NCBI RefSeq assembly: GCF_001194135.2
Contig: NC_068996.1
Coordinates: 49,257,327-49,296,770, forward strand
From: Octopus bimaculoides
Taxonomy: Eukaryota
Reading direction: 5' to 3'
Length of the DNA stretch: 39,444 bases
Below, piece by piece: positions 1-10,819 of the stretch. Both the position numbers and the translations under genes were made by a program. The notes beneath the pieces were generated by a model that made no database searches, had not been told where the DNA came from, and saw only the letters and a list, made by a program, of their open reading frames with translations. The number at the start of each line of letters is the position of its first letter. The stretch's first letter is position 1.

Positions 1-26
1 ATATATATATATATATATATATATAT

Positions 27-129
27 CATCATCATCATCATCATTTAACGTCCGCTTTCCATGCTAGCATGGGTTGGACGATTTGACTGAGGACTGGTGA
101 AACCGGATGGCAACACCAGGCTCCAATCT
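27..129 (-). mobile_element. RTE-LINE 3' end fragment (family A) with (TGA)n tail
   Basis: Reverse complement of AGATTGGAGCCTGGT...CCCATGCTAGCATGGAAAGCGGACGTTAAA(TGA)n, also seen at 10975-11075, 34720-34838 and 35640-35745. Confidence 0.85.
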
Positions 130-138
130 ATGGCACAA

Positions 139-518
139 GGAATTTTGTGGGACATTGCCATCAAAACTTTTACTGATAGTAAACATAAAAGACCTGATAT
201 AGTTATTTGGGACAGAAAAAAAAGTAATGTACAGTCAAAGAGGTTAGTTACCCAGTGAATGTAAACATCTATTCGAAATGTCAAAGAGGAGAATATTTAT
301 GGCCAACAACTTCAAAACCTGTAACTCCTCTGGCCTGATTTATGTTCATACCAATAATTGTTGATGCATTTGGTTATGTTAGTAAATGCCTAAGCCATTA
401 TCTAGAGAAGTTAGGATTTTGAAGCACGGAAAGAGACTGGTTAACATGAACTTTACAAATACAATCTGTAAGTGAAACAGTAAAAATATGCAACAACTTC
501 TTAAAGTTCAATATGTGA
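139..518 (+). pseudogene. Fossil C-terminal restriction-like endonuclease domain of an R4/Dong/NeSL-type non-LTR retrotransposon
   Basis: Manual translation across frameshifts and stops: ILWDIAIKTFTDSKHKRPDIVIWDRKK / CTVKEVSYPVNVNIYSK / ENIYGQ.LQNL*LLWP / MFIPIIVDAFGYVSKCLSHYLEKLGF...TVKICNNFLKFNM*. Matches the WD..I.T...HxRPDIV...(D/E)V..P...K / IPIIxGAxG pattern of REL domains. Confidence 0.8.
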
Positions 519-763
519 CAATTATGTTTTTTTTAAAATCCAAATTCCTGTGATGAAATTTTTGTTTCTTTGTCAAAATCCAGCTCCTACATTTTACAAA
601 GAATATTAATAATTTGTACATATACATACAAACATATATACATACATACCCATTATTGAATACATATAAGATGCTGACACATGTTTCTCTCTTCCAGAAA
701 AAGCTGTGTAGAGTGTTCTTGTAGATGCCCATTGTCACTCATACCCTCCACTAACACCTTATA

Positions 764-1453
764 CAGGGTCCGCCAAAAGTAACTATATATTTTTATTTCA
801 ACATGATAAATGTTACGTAGAAGAAATAAGCTACTACAATACAGAAAGCAACATAGGGGACACTAAAGTTTGTTGCTACATAAAACGTGATGTGTTTTTA
901 AAGCTCCGTGTGCTCCCCATGGAGCTCAATGCACTTTGCTAATCCTTCAGGGACTGAGCGGCATACTTTGGCACACAGCTCCAACGGAACTTGAGCAATG
1001 GCAGCTCGAATCTGTTCCTTAAGTTCAGCAATGTTGTGGGGCTTTGTTGAGTAGACTTTCTCTTTGAGAACGCCCCACGGGAAAAAGTCGGGTGGGGGTC
1101 AAATCTGGCAAACGAGACGGCCACTCAAGCGGTCCTCGCCTGCCAATCCATAGACAGGGCAGGTTGGCGTCCAGCCAGTGTCGCACAAGCGTAGCATAAT
1201 GGGCCAGTGCCCCGTTCTGCTGAAAGTACAGACCCTCTGCTCCATCCTGCTGTTGTAATAACAGTCACACTCTCGGCTTTCCAGAACCATTTCAAAACCG
1301 CAATCTTTTGCTCTTTTGTTAATCAGGTGGACATAATCGATATAACAGTATATCTGAAATAGGGGGGAAAATGACATGAAATAGAAAAAATTGAATAAGT
1401 ATCAACAAAGTTACAAGCAAAAGAAAATATATAGTTACTTATGGTGGACCCTG
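764..1453 (-). mobile_element. Complete, internally deleted Tc1/mariner element (DD41D, rosa/VS-like), non-autonomous
   Basis: 30-bp TIRs CAGGGTCCRCCAWAAGTAACTATATATTTT (764-793, 1424-1453; 28/30 identical), with TA at 762-763 and 1454-1455. N-terminus MST*LTKEQKIAVLKWFWKAESVTV (from 1334) is fused to LYFQQNGALAHYATLVRHWLDANLPCLWIGRRGPLEWPSRLPDLTP..WGVLKEKVYSTKPHNIAELKEQI...CIELHGEHTEL* (stop 898-900). 41 residues lie between the second and third catalytic positions. Confidence 0.92.
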
Positions 1454-1802
1454 TAGAATACAAGATTTTGTTCTACTGCCAAAGGGGTGTCCATCTGATA
1501 TAGTGCTGTGTATGCCTGATAATAGATGACAGATGTCCAATATTCATCTTGACCCATGGTTGTAGCTTTATGAAAGAGATGAGCTGCAGAAAGACATGGC
1601 ATAAAAAATGTCTACACTAATTAGCCCTCATTTTTATAACTGTCATCAGTATTGCAGTAGTTAAGGTATTTCGAAAGATCTATCAACCTCAATGCATGAC
1701 AGCACATTATCATGAGACAACCACAGAATGGGTGTTGCAGGAGATGGATTTCCTGGCCTGTTGAATCTGACCCTTCCATAAGAAGAGGAAAAGTATGTGT
1801 GT

Positions 1803-2132
1803 CTAAAAGGTAAAAGGTTAAGACCTCTTTCGGTCATGAATGACCATAGGATTGCACATAAAAAGTTACCTTCCAAGACACCAGTCCTGACAAGGTTGTT
1901 TGTGGAAGATTAACAGTTACCCATGCAAATCAGTTGTTATCCAAGGTAACGACAGAGGCCAATACAGTTTGGTACTATTGATGTCACAACTCATTTCTAC
2001 AGCTGAGAGAACTGGAGTGACATGAAATAAAGTATTTTACTCAAGAACACAACACACAGCCTGGTCTGGGAATCGAACTTACTACCTCATGATTGTGAGC
2101 CCGACATTCTAACCACTGAGCCATGCACCTCC
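1803..2132 (-). mobile_element. tRNA-derived SINE (family B)
   Basis: Minus-strand head GGTGCATGGCTCAGTGGTTAG...GTTCGATTCCCAGACC with Pol III A/B boxes; related heads at 23150-23278, 29490-29602 and 38722-39042. Confidence 0.85.
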
Positions 2133-3159
2133 TATGTGCTTCCAAGTGGTCAGGTATTTCTTGAGATGAGTTACAATAGTCCTGGTGGTGGTACCCTTAC
2201 AAAGCAAGGTTGACATTGGTCACTTCCACTAAACTTTACAGGAACAACTTTTACTCAACCCATGTCGGAATGAGACTGGCTACTCTGTTTGAGGCCTTTA
2301 CCCCAGTTCCTATCCTAAGCACCTTAAATGACCATCTCAGAGACAGAAATTACCGATGACTAACATGGACATGCCTTTCTTGGTACCAATTTGCAGGCTC
2401 TCTGACATGTTCTGGCTGGCTGACATGTGCTCCTATACACTCCAGTTATTCTTACAACATATCAACTACATCTATATCCAAAGTGTCAAATACTATAACA
2501 GCGATGTTACCCACATATGCAGTCATGGCTTTCCTGCGACTTCAAAAGGCATCCTGCTCTTTCAAAAGCAGGATTCCCTTCAAAGTGAAAGCAGAGCTAC
2601 TTCTGCTGAAGTTGGCATTTTGCTGCAGCTTCCTTGTGGCTTTTTCTACTTCCCAGCGCAAGAGTTGCAGCAAGTCCTTGGCTTTAGTATCAGAGTCCAC
2701 CATCTCTAAAAGTATCTCAGCAAAAAGCTACTGAAAAATGATCATGCACGTCTCTTAGGAAATGGAGAAAACATATTCTCATTGCAGTTGGTCAAAGACT
2801 GAATTGTGGCTTTGTTGCAATGCTATGCATTCCACAACCCCAATCCATTGAATGGCTTTTATGCACCTAGGTTTTTGACATATGTGCTCAAACAAAAACA
2901 ATGTTTCCTTTGCATTTCATGTTGAATAAGGCCAGCCTCAAGTGTTGTCATATACATGTTTTGTCTTGGTATAAAAGATGGGCTACAGCAAATGTTCTGC
3001 TTAATACAGATTTGCTTGTCAGTTGTTTGACCGTAACCAGTTGAGCATGTCCCTTGGTGGCTGATGATATGTGCATCTCTTATCATGAGTAGAAGTAGTG
3101 GGGGAGCATCATAGCCATGTGTTGAGAGGAATTCTTTGGAGTTTGGATAATTCACCTTT

Positions 3160-3427
3160 GGAAACATGGGTGTTTTGCTCAACATCCTTAAACAAACCTT
3201 ATTCAGGGACTTTTTGACCTGAAGAAAATTCTAACACAGCCCCCACCTGCAAGGTCATGTACTGTTTATCTTGATATGAGATCACCATGTCGCACACATA
3301 TGGTTGTGATGCATGTGCCTGGTGTACCCTTATCAGACGGGTAGTCATGATGGGTATATTGTACTTCATATATTTGTACCCCAATGTCACTTTGATGGCA
3401 TGCACTGCTCTCTCACTCAATAACAAT
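3160..3427 (+). mobile_element. Dispersed repeat (family C), probable LINE 3' UTR ending in an AAT-type tail
   Basis: 3200-3300 is present in inverted form at 3694-3768; ends ...CTCTCTCACTCAATAACAATT. The LINE origin is inference. Confidence 0.55.
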
Positions 3428-3639
3428 TATCTTTTCTACACAAGAGGGAGGGGGATAGTCGATTACATCAACCTCAGTGTTTCACTGGTACTTACTTTAT
3501 TGACCCCCACCACCACAACCACGACAAAAAGGATGAAAGGCAAAGTTGACCTTGGTGGAATTTGAACTCAAAACAAAGCTGGAAAAATTGTCACTTAGCA
3601 CTTTGTCTGGTATGTTAATGATTCTGCGAGCTCACCACT
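3428..3639 (-). mobile_element. tRNA-derived SINE (family F)
   Basis: Core GATGAAAGGCAAAGTYGACCTYGGYGGAATTTGAACTCAG shared with copies at 13891-14438, 14830-15020, 16075-16258, 23722-23843, 30628-30832 and 38455-38674. Confidence 0.85.
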
Positions 3640-3643
3640 GGCA

Positions 3644-3645
<2 letters not shown>

Positions 3646-3693
<48 letters not shown>
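3646..3693. repeat. (GTA)n microsatellite
   Basis: 16 perfect GTA units. Confidence 0.97.
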
Positions 3694-3768
3694 TGTGTGC
3701 GACATGGTGATCTCATATCAAAATAAACAGTGCATGACCTTGGAGGTGGGGCCCAGTTAGAATTTTCC
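3694..3768 (-). mobile_element. Family C fragment, inverted relative to 3160-3427
   Basis: TGTGTGCGACATGGTGATCTCATATCAARATAAACAGT...TTAGAATTTTC matches the reverse complement of 3200-3300. Confidence 0.75.
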
Positions 3769-4922
3769 TCTCCTGTCTAGAAGTGCATGCTCAGAACAGG
3801 CTCATTCATTTGAACCATGCTTATCACTTTCATCCAACTTTCAACTAATTTATTCAGAAACAGCATTAATTTCTCCACTGTCATTTATTTTTTCAAATGA
3901 AACTTTTTAAAGTCGATGATTGCTTGGACAAAGACAAAGGTTTCTGTCTTCAGCTTTTTCAATTCCATCCATCACACAACCACTTTTGGCAAAGCCACCA
4001 GACAAATAAAAACTGCCTATTTTTCTGAGCCAAAGGAAGGCAGTGAGATGATCTTCACAACAGACTTAGCTAATAACCAGATCCAACCCACATGTGACTG
4101 CACATCTTTGATATAATCCCACATGTGACTGCAATGTTCAGGCACTAGAAAAGTATATGCAGAACAGTTTCATCACTCACATGCATCTTGGACCGTCCTG
4201 GCTGATGGCACTTTGGTGTTTATAGAGAGATCTTGAAATGGTGATGTGTCTCTCCACCCCCACCCACACCCCGGTAGCACTGCCAGGACAGGGATTTCTG
4301 TAAATTTCCCATGAGCCCAGACCTAAAAAGTCATTCAGAACAGCTCAGTTAATTGATTTCATCAACGCCAAAGTTTCCCCAAGAACGTAATCACATCTGT
4401 ATTGCCAAAAATACTCCATGGTATTCACGAAAGCGAAAAATAGAACAAGTGTAAGGAGAAATTATTAAAATTCTTTATATCTTTCTTTAATAATATTCTT
4501 CATTGAAATCGATTAGTTAAATACAAAGAAAAAAAAACGATTAAAAAATCAGGAAAATGATAAGATAAAACTATTTTTATAGATTTATAAGAGTGAACGA
4601 TAAAGAGAGTGAAGTAATGAAAACAAGTGAATAAGATCGTTATATGGATAATTAATGTAAAATAAAAGAATAGAAATGGTTGTATGCCCAAAGACAATTC
4701 TTGCTTGTTATTAGATAAGGGCTTTTAAAGAGAAACTTGGTTAGTTGGACGAAGAACACAGACGGAACGATAGATGGATGAATAGTAGTAGATGGATTGT
4801 AGACAAACGAATTATATATATATATATTGTTTGTTTTTATTTTCAGTTATAATAAAGATAATTTTACGTTAATCTGATAGGTTACTCTATACTTTAGCAG
4901 AGTACAAATTTATTAGTCTTAC

Positions 4923-5040
4923 ACAAGAATGTTGTTGACAGTAACTTCAAAGTTTCGGCCAGTTAAGCCATCGTCGGACTGCAATCCAATGATGGCTTAA
5001 GGAATCGAAACTTCGAAGTCGCTATCAACAACGTTCTTGT
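4923..5040. ncRNA. 118-bp imperfect palindrome with a type-I minimal hammerhead-ribozyme-like motif (Penelope-like terminal repeat relic)
   Basis: Arms 4923-4977 and 4985-5040 are inverted copies. Minus strand 4982-4938 reads GCAGT-CCGACGA-T-GGC TTAACT GGCC-GAAAC-TTTGAA-GTT-ACTGT, giving stems I/II/III around the core. The plus copy has GAAAC-TTCGAA-GTC. Core position 4 is C rather than canonical U. Confidence 0.6.
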
Positions 5041-5321
5041 AGAGAGAGGTGGGGGAAGACAGATTATGTAGTTATTATTTTGTACGTTTGTTATTTGAAC
5101 TGTCAGAAAAATAAAGATCGGCTTTACACACACACACACACACCCTCTCTCTCACAGCATATATCGACAAGTGTGTGTATTCCTTTTCTGTTTGTTTACA
5201 TACATTTTGTGTGAAAACATGGACGCGTATGCCTGTGTGCGCGCGTGTGTTTGTGCTGTCTATGTATGTGAGTGTATATGACTTGTAAAAACGAGCGTGC
5301 ATGTTGTATGTCGAAGTGAAT

Positions 5322-5399
5322 AAAAGAGAGAGAGAGAGAAAGAAAGAGAGCGAGAGAGGGAGAGAATGAGGAGATGACAGAGAGAGAGAAAGAGAGAGA
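5322..5399. repeat. (GA)n-rich microsatellite
   Basis: Interrupted GA repeat. Confidence 0.9.
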
Positions 5400-5551
5400 C
5401 CTCGTTTGTCTATATGAACAGCAGTAGGTTTTGAGACTCGGGGTATGATGTATATTTCAGGATTTCTATAGGGGATCTTGTCCTTACGGAAGTGCTATTC
5501 AAAAAAAGCAGTAGTTTTCTGAGAATACCTGCGCATTAAGTTCAGGTATTA

Positions 5552-5582
<31 letters not shown>

Positions 5583-6439
5583 NNNNNNNNNNNNNNNNNN
5601 NNNNNNNNNNNNNNNNNNNNNNNNNNNNNNNNNNNNNNNNNNNNNNNNNNNNNNNNNNNNNNNNNNNNNNNNNNNNNNNNNNNNNNNNNNNNNNNNNNNN
5701 NNNNNNNNNNNNNNNNNNNNNNNNNNNNNNNNNNNNNNNAAAGAACTAAGTCTTTTTAAGAATCGCTTATTATATTTATTCATGTTTAAGTTATATGTTT
5801 AAATTCCTGTATTTAAATTCTGACTTGTTAAAAATTCCCATTTTTTTGTTTATCAATTATATTGAGAAGAAATGAAGAAACAAAAAAAAGGATTAGAAAT
5901 AATGTCATGTTTTGTGTTGTTAGCATTGTAACAGGGAAGATTTTATCTATTTTTTTTTAATCGATCAAATCATGCAGAAAATTTTGGTGGAATGAGAGGG
6001 GGATGGAATTAATAATCAACAAACAACATAATATTGCAAAAACGAGAAGGAAAAACAAGGTGGCTTTTCTAAACTGTGTGGTTTGTTTTGAGTGAACGTT
6101 GATAATTATTGCTGAGGTTGTTATTGTTCTAACTATAAGCAATTAGTGTTCTCAGCGTGGAAGTATTTCTAATGAAGTCTGCTACAAATTGGAAAAAGCT
6201 CGTGTTATGTCTGTCGTAAAGTGAAAATTATTATATTATACGCGTGGGTTAGTTCACATGAATTAATTCATAATGATTACAAAAAGCCCAGACAGAATGA
6301 GACCATGAAAAAATATATAACCGCATATAAGATATATTTAAATGGCCAACCCGGTTTATTTATTTACACGAATATATGGGGAGAGAGAGAGAGAGAGAGA
6401 GAGGTGTTGTTTTTGTTTTAGACATTAGATCAACATTTA

Positions 6440-6815
6440 TTGGACAGACAGATCTGTAAGCGAAGGCATTTTTATAGTTGTGACCATCCTGTCTTTGACG
6501 GCGTTTTTGGAATAGCTGCCCCTTGAAGTTCCATAATTCATAAGAAATTGGGGGTGGACCCGTGCAGGTAGGGTGAGATCGAAGATGAAAAAAAGGGAGA
6601 AATCTGAATCGTTATACAGGAATATTTATATTTCTTTTAAAAATTACTATTTTCTTTTCCGATGAAGAATGGGATTTCGAGTGACAGCTATTCCAAAATT
6701 CCGCCTTGTTTTGCAGGATGACAGAATCCTCTATGTGCTTTATTGTCGGGTGTGGTCGGAAAGACATCGAGCTGTTATTTCTAGAAAAGTTAGCGACCGC
6801 GTAGAGGTTACTTAA
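6440..6815 (+). mobile_element. Fragments of dispersed repeat family E
   Basis: GTGACCATCCTGTCTTT (~6480) and GCTGTTATTTCTAG..AGCGACCGCGTAGAGG (6771-6807) recur at 16505-16543, 24240-24300 (-), 25270-25440 (-) and 26140-26360. Confidence 0.55.
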
Positions 6816-7831
6816 CTGGTTAGTGAGAAAATAAGCCAAATGACTTGCATAAGTCGCAAAATGCATCGACTGAGTAACGAACTCATGCAGCGGATATCTA
6901 CATATGTATATATACACAAACACAATTAAATGCAATACTTATGAAATTTGTATTTTATTTAAATCTATTGTGTATACGGTTATGCGAACATGCAAAGAGC
7001 CATGTGGCTCCTCTGTGTGTGTAGTTATGTGGTGCAGTCGCTTTACGTTTCCATGCAGTAGGCATCCCTGAATATTAAACCATTTCCCTCTCTCGCCTGC
7101 TGTATTTGTACGTCTGTGGGTGTATTTGTGTGTATGTGTGTATATATATATATATANNNNNNNNNNNNNNNNNNNNNNNNNNNNNNNNNNNNNNNNNNNN
7201 NNNNNNNNNNNNNNNNNNNNNNNNNNNNNNNNNNNNNNNNNNNNNNNNNNNNNNNNNNNNNNNNNNNNNNNNNNNNNNNNNNNNNNNNNNNNNNNNNNNN
7301 NNNNNNNNNNNNNNNNNNNNNNNNNNNNNNNNNNNNNNNNNNNNNNNNNNNNNNNNNNNNNNNNNNNNNNNNNNNNNNNNNNCACGTTGCCGATGGATGG
7401 AAAATCGTTGAACATAGATCTCGATCAGTAACAGAAACAAACAGATACACATGCATATCACCTCCATCTCTTCTTTCTGAAGAAAAACATTCGCACGCAC
7501 CGTCATGCGTGCAAACATTCATTTAGTCATCCATACATGTTATGTGTGTATGAAGATACATATACGTACATCTACACATACACATACATATTTGTATGTG
7601 TGTGTGTGTGTGTATACACATGTATATATATCTGCATGTGTACATACATATGAATATGTGCGTGTGTGTGTGTGTGTAAAAGCATGTATATTGATTTATG
7701 TATATGTGTGTGTATAGATGTTTGTGCGTGAGTATGTGTATCCGTATGTAGCTTTGTGAATATACTTTATCTATATTTATGTGACAATGTGCATGTATGT
7801 GTGTGTATCCACACACACGCATACATACGTA

Positions 7832-8020
7832 CATCATCATCATTTAACGTCCATGTTCCATACTAGCATGGGTCGGACGGTTTCAGAGGAACCGATGAAT
7901 CCAAGGCCTGCATCGTGCTTTCATTGTTTGCTCAGTGTAACAGTTTCTATAGTTGAATTCCCTTCCTTAATGCCAACCACTTTGCAGTGTGTACAACGTG
8001 CTTTTCCGTGGCACCGGCAC
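7832..8020 (-). mobile_element. Diverged family A (RTE 3' end) copy
   Basis: (CAT)n TTAACGTCCATGTTCCATACTAGCATGGG...TTCCTTAATGCCAACCACT...GTGGCACCGGCAC. Confidence 0.8.
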
Positions 8021-8089
8021 AAGCGAGGTCGCTTATGCAGCTCGCAAGACTACTAACTTTGTAGGGGAAGAGGTGGTCGGAGGCCCTAT

Positions 8090-8640
8090 GCCAGGGGACA
8101 GGGGTTTAAGTATGTTCTTTGTTGTACATGATTACTCACATTTAGAAGAGAGGCTGAGGATTGTTGGGTGGATCCACAAAGAGATAAATAATAATGACGA
8201 AATGTCCGGGAACAGAGAAACTAGGAGTGGTTAGGTTGCAGGAGTGTTTACGGGGTGAGCAAGAGATGGGGCGGGGAATGGGAGAAGGGAAGTAGTCATC
8301 AACTGTAAAGATTGGGCAGAGAGTGATGGATAAGGAGTAACGACGACCAGTGATGCGTGAATTGGGGAAGGTAAGAGGTATGTAGAAGAGAGCGATGAGG
8401 GCGGGAGAGAGAAGCAGGATAGTAATAGTAATATTAATGGTGATACGGTGGACAGGACGGGAGCGGAGGGAAAGAGAGAGAGAGAGACATGTGGTTGAGT
8501 AGGCTGCAGAAGTGGTGGAGAGAGGCAAGTATAGTGTACGATGAGAGATAATTTGGTTTAGCGGAGCTGATGGTAGTGGTAGGGGAATGAATCAGTGTAA
8601 TGTTTGGGTGGAGAGAACAATATTAATGGACGGAGAATGG
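8090..8640 (-). pseudogene. Highly degraded C-rich retroelement, possibly Penelope-like RT/thumb
   Basis: Strong pyrimidine skew on the minus strand; LHHFCSLLNHM and YSLSITLCPIFTVDDYF weakly resemble the PLE L..F...LN and PYS..LR..RIC..DF motifs. Not alignable with certainty. Confidence 0.3.
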
Positions 8641-9119
8641 TTAACAAGTGACATGGTTCCGGGTAGCAAGAAAAAGTAAAGTGGTATCAACGGAGAGCTG
8701 TGGTGAGAGAGAGATGACAGGGGAGGGAGGAGGAATATGCAGAGGAAATTGGGAGAGGTACGCATTTATGCATATATGTACACACACAAACAAACACACA
8801 GAGTGCTTCCAGAACTCAAAACTCAAGTTTTGCCAAGGAGGGAGGGTCTTCTCAAGAACAATGTATAAACCAGTGTTCCTGGTCTCTTTGTCATTTTCTC
8901 TGAAAAATACGCACACACACACACACTGAGTGCTTCCAGAATCTCATTTTCATTGAGATAGATGTGTCTTGAGAACTGTGTCGCCAACCATCCTGGTCCT
9001 TTATAATCTCCCTTATGAGGCTGGAGGTCCTGGAATCGGCCTTCACCCTGTCATCCCATGTCTCACCCACTTATAAAAGCTTCAACTACATTAACTGATT
9101 AGTACTTCTATAAAGAAGC

Positions 9120-9425
9120 TGTCTGCATCCACATACATCAGATGTCCTTGCATATGGCATCCAATTCCTTTTATACCCAGCCTTTCTCTCAGCACAGTTT
9201 ATACACTTACATTGCACATCCAATGGAGCATGATTACTTCATTCATTTGTAGTCTTCTCAAGTTAGCTACATTTCAATTAAGGCCCATGTCTCACTCCCA
9301 TGCAGCATTGCAGTTCTAATGTAAGCATCATACAATCTGCCCTTCACTTTTAGGGAAAAGCCCTTTGTTGCCAGTAGATGTGTTGGCTCCCTGAACTTTC
9401 TGCAACCCATTCTTACTCTGGCTAC
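9120..9425 (-). pseudogene. RTE-clade LINE ORF fragment (post-RT region)
   Basis: KFREPTHLLATKGFSLKVKGRLYDAYIRTAMLHGSETWAL is nearly identical to the RTE segment at 33820-33930. Confidence 0.88.
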
Positions 9426-9739
9426 TATACTTCCAGACAGTGCTAGATTAACCATTAAGTAAAATAATCATGTGTTTAGGTGGTTGGACATCACAAAAAT
9501 GGTAAATGGTTTACAGCACAAAAGAAATCACTTTAAACTTGCTAAAATAATATTCAAAGTGGTTTATATGAGGGGAAATATAATTTCTAAGTGTTCATGG
9601 TATGTCAGAGTGAGGATCTGATCAAAGAATTTGCGATTAAAAAAAAGTAGGAGAAAACTTTTCAAATAAAGTTGAAGTATACAAAAATAGACATTATTTT
9701 CCATTTTAGTGTTAGCTCTGTTTGAAAAATAAAAATTTA

Positions 9740-10117
9740 TACTCTTTTACTTGTTTCAGTCATTTGACTGCGGCCATGCTGGAGCACCGCCTTTAGTCGA
9801 GCAAATCAACCTCAGGACTTATTCTTTGTAAGCCCAGTACTTATTCTATCGGTCTCTTTTGCCAAATCACTAAGTTATGGGGATGTAAACACACCACCAT
9901 CGGTTGTCAAGTGATGTTGGTGGGGACAAACACAGACACACAAACATATACACACACATGTATATATACATATATACGATGGGCTTCTTTCAGTTTCCGT
10001 CTACCAAATCCACTCACAAGGCTTTGGTCGGCCCAAGGCTATGATAGATGACACTTGCCCAAGGTGCCATGCAGTGGGACTGAACCCGGAACCATGTGGT
10101 TTATAAGCAAGCTACTT
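9740..10117 (-). mobile_element. tRNA-derived SINE (family D), near full length, 5' end in the gap
   Basis: Close match to 15098-15491, including the internal CA/TA microsatellite. Confidence 0.92.
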
Positions 10118-10257
10118 NNNNNNNNNNNNNNNNNNNNNNNNNNNNNNNNNNNNNNNNNNNNNNNNNNNNNNNNNNNNNNNNNNNNNNNNNNNNNNNNNNN
10201 NNNNNNNNNNNNNNNNNNNNNNNNNNNNNNNNNNATATATATATATATATATATACC

Positions 10258-10560
10258 AGCACCAAGTTCTTTTAAGCGCTTAGGGCCTCTATGGGTCTTA
10301 ATCCATCCTTAGAATTGCTCCAGTGTACATATCACAAAGAAAGCTTATGTTCTCTGCAAGCCTGTCTATAGCTTTCATTGAGTGCAGCATATGAAATTTA
10401 TTCCTACACACCCTTTGCAGATCAAGCAATGTTCTTTCCTTTGTAGGTATGAGGGTTCTGTTTTCTTTCCTACTTAATAAAACCATCACCTTTGCTAAGT
10501 TAACTGTAAACATCCCAATTCCATATCACTGACCTTCCATATCCAGAATTAGCTGAGTGT
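10258..10560 (-). pseudogene. RTE-clade LINE ORF fragment (RT end plus Cys-rich region)
   Basis: GMFTVNLAKVMVLLSRKENRTLIPT / C.ICKGCVGINFICCTQ / FLCDMYTGAI resembles RTE GLRVNLAKTKV...CSICRKGVG.NSI.CTQC. Confidence 0.65.
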
Positions 10561-10563
10561 GCA

Positions 10564-10646
<83 letters not shown>

Positions 10647-10819
10647 TTTATTCCATATCAGCTACATTTAATGAGTGAATTGGTCACATAATCAGATTGT
10701 TACCAAACACTTCTTTGAATTGCTAGCATGAAACCGATTGGTAAGATTGGGCGTAACAGATATATAATACTGTACACTTCAGATAATATATATATATATG
10801 TACATATATATATATATAT

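Noticed and set aside
4087-4133. 16-bp direct repeat CCCACATGTGACTGCA (period 31); similarly GAGTGCTTCCAGAA at 8801 and 8928
   Set aside because: Consistent with ordinary local slippage duplication.
5460-6572. AG...GT bounded segments 5460-5545 and 6478-6570
   Set aside because: Stops in all three frames.
6716-6815. Candidate exon after TTGTTTTGCAG (DDRILYVLYC...)
   Set aside because: The sequence matches dispersed repeat family E (compare 16505-16543).
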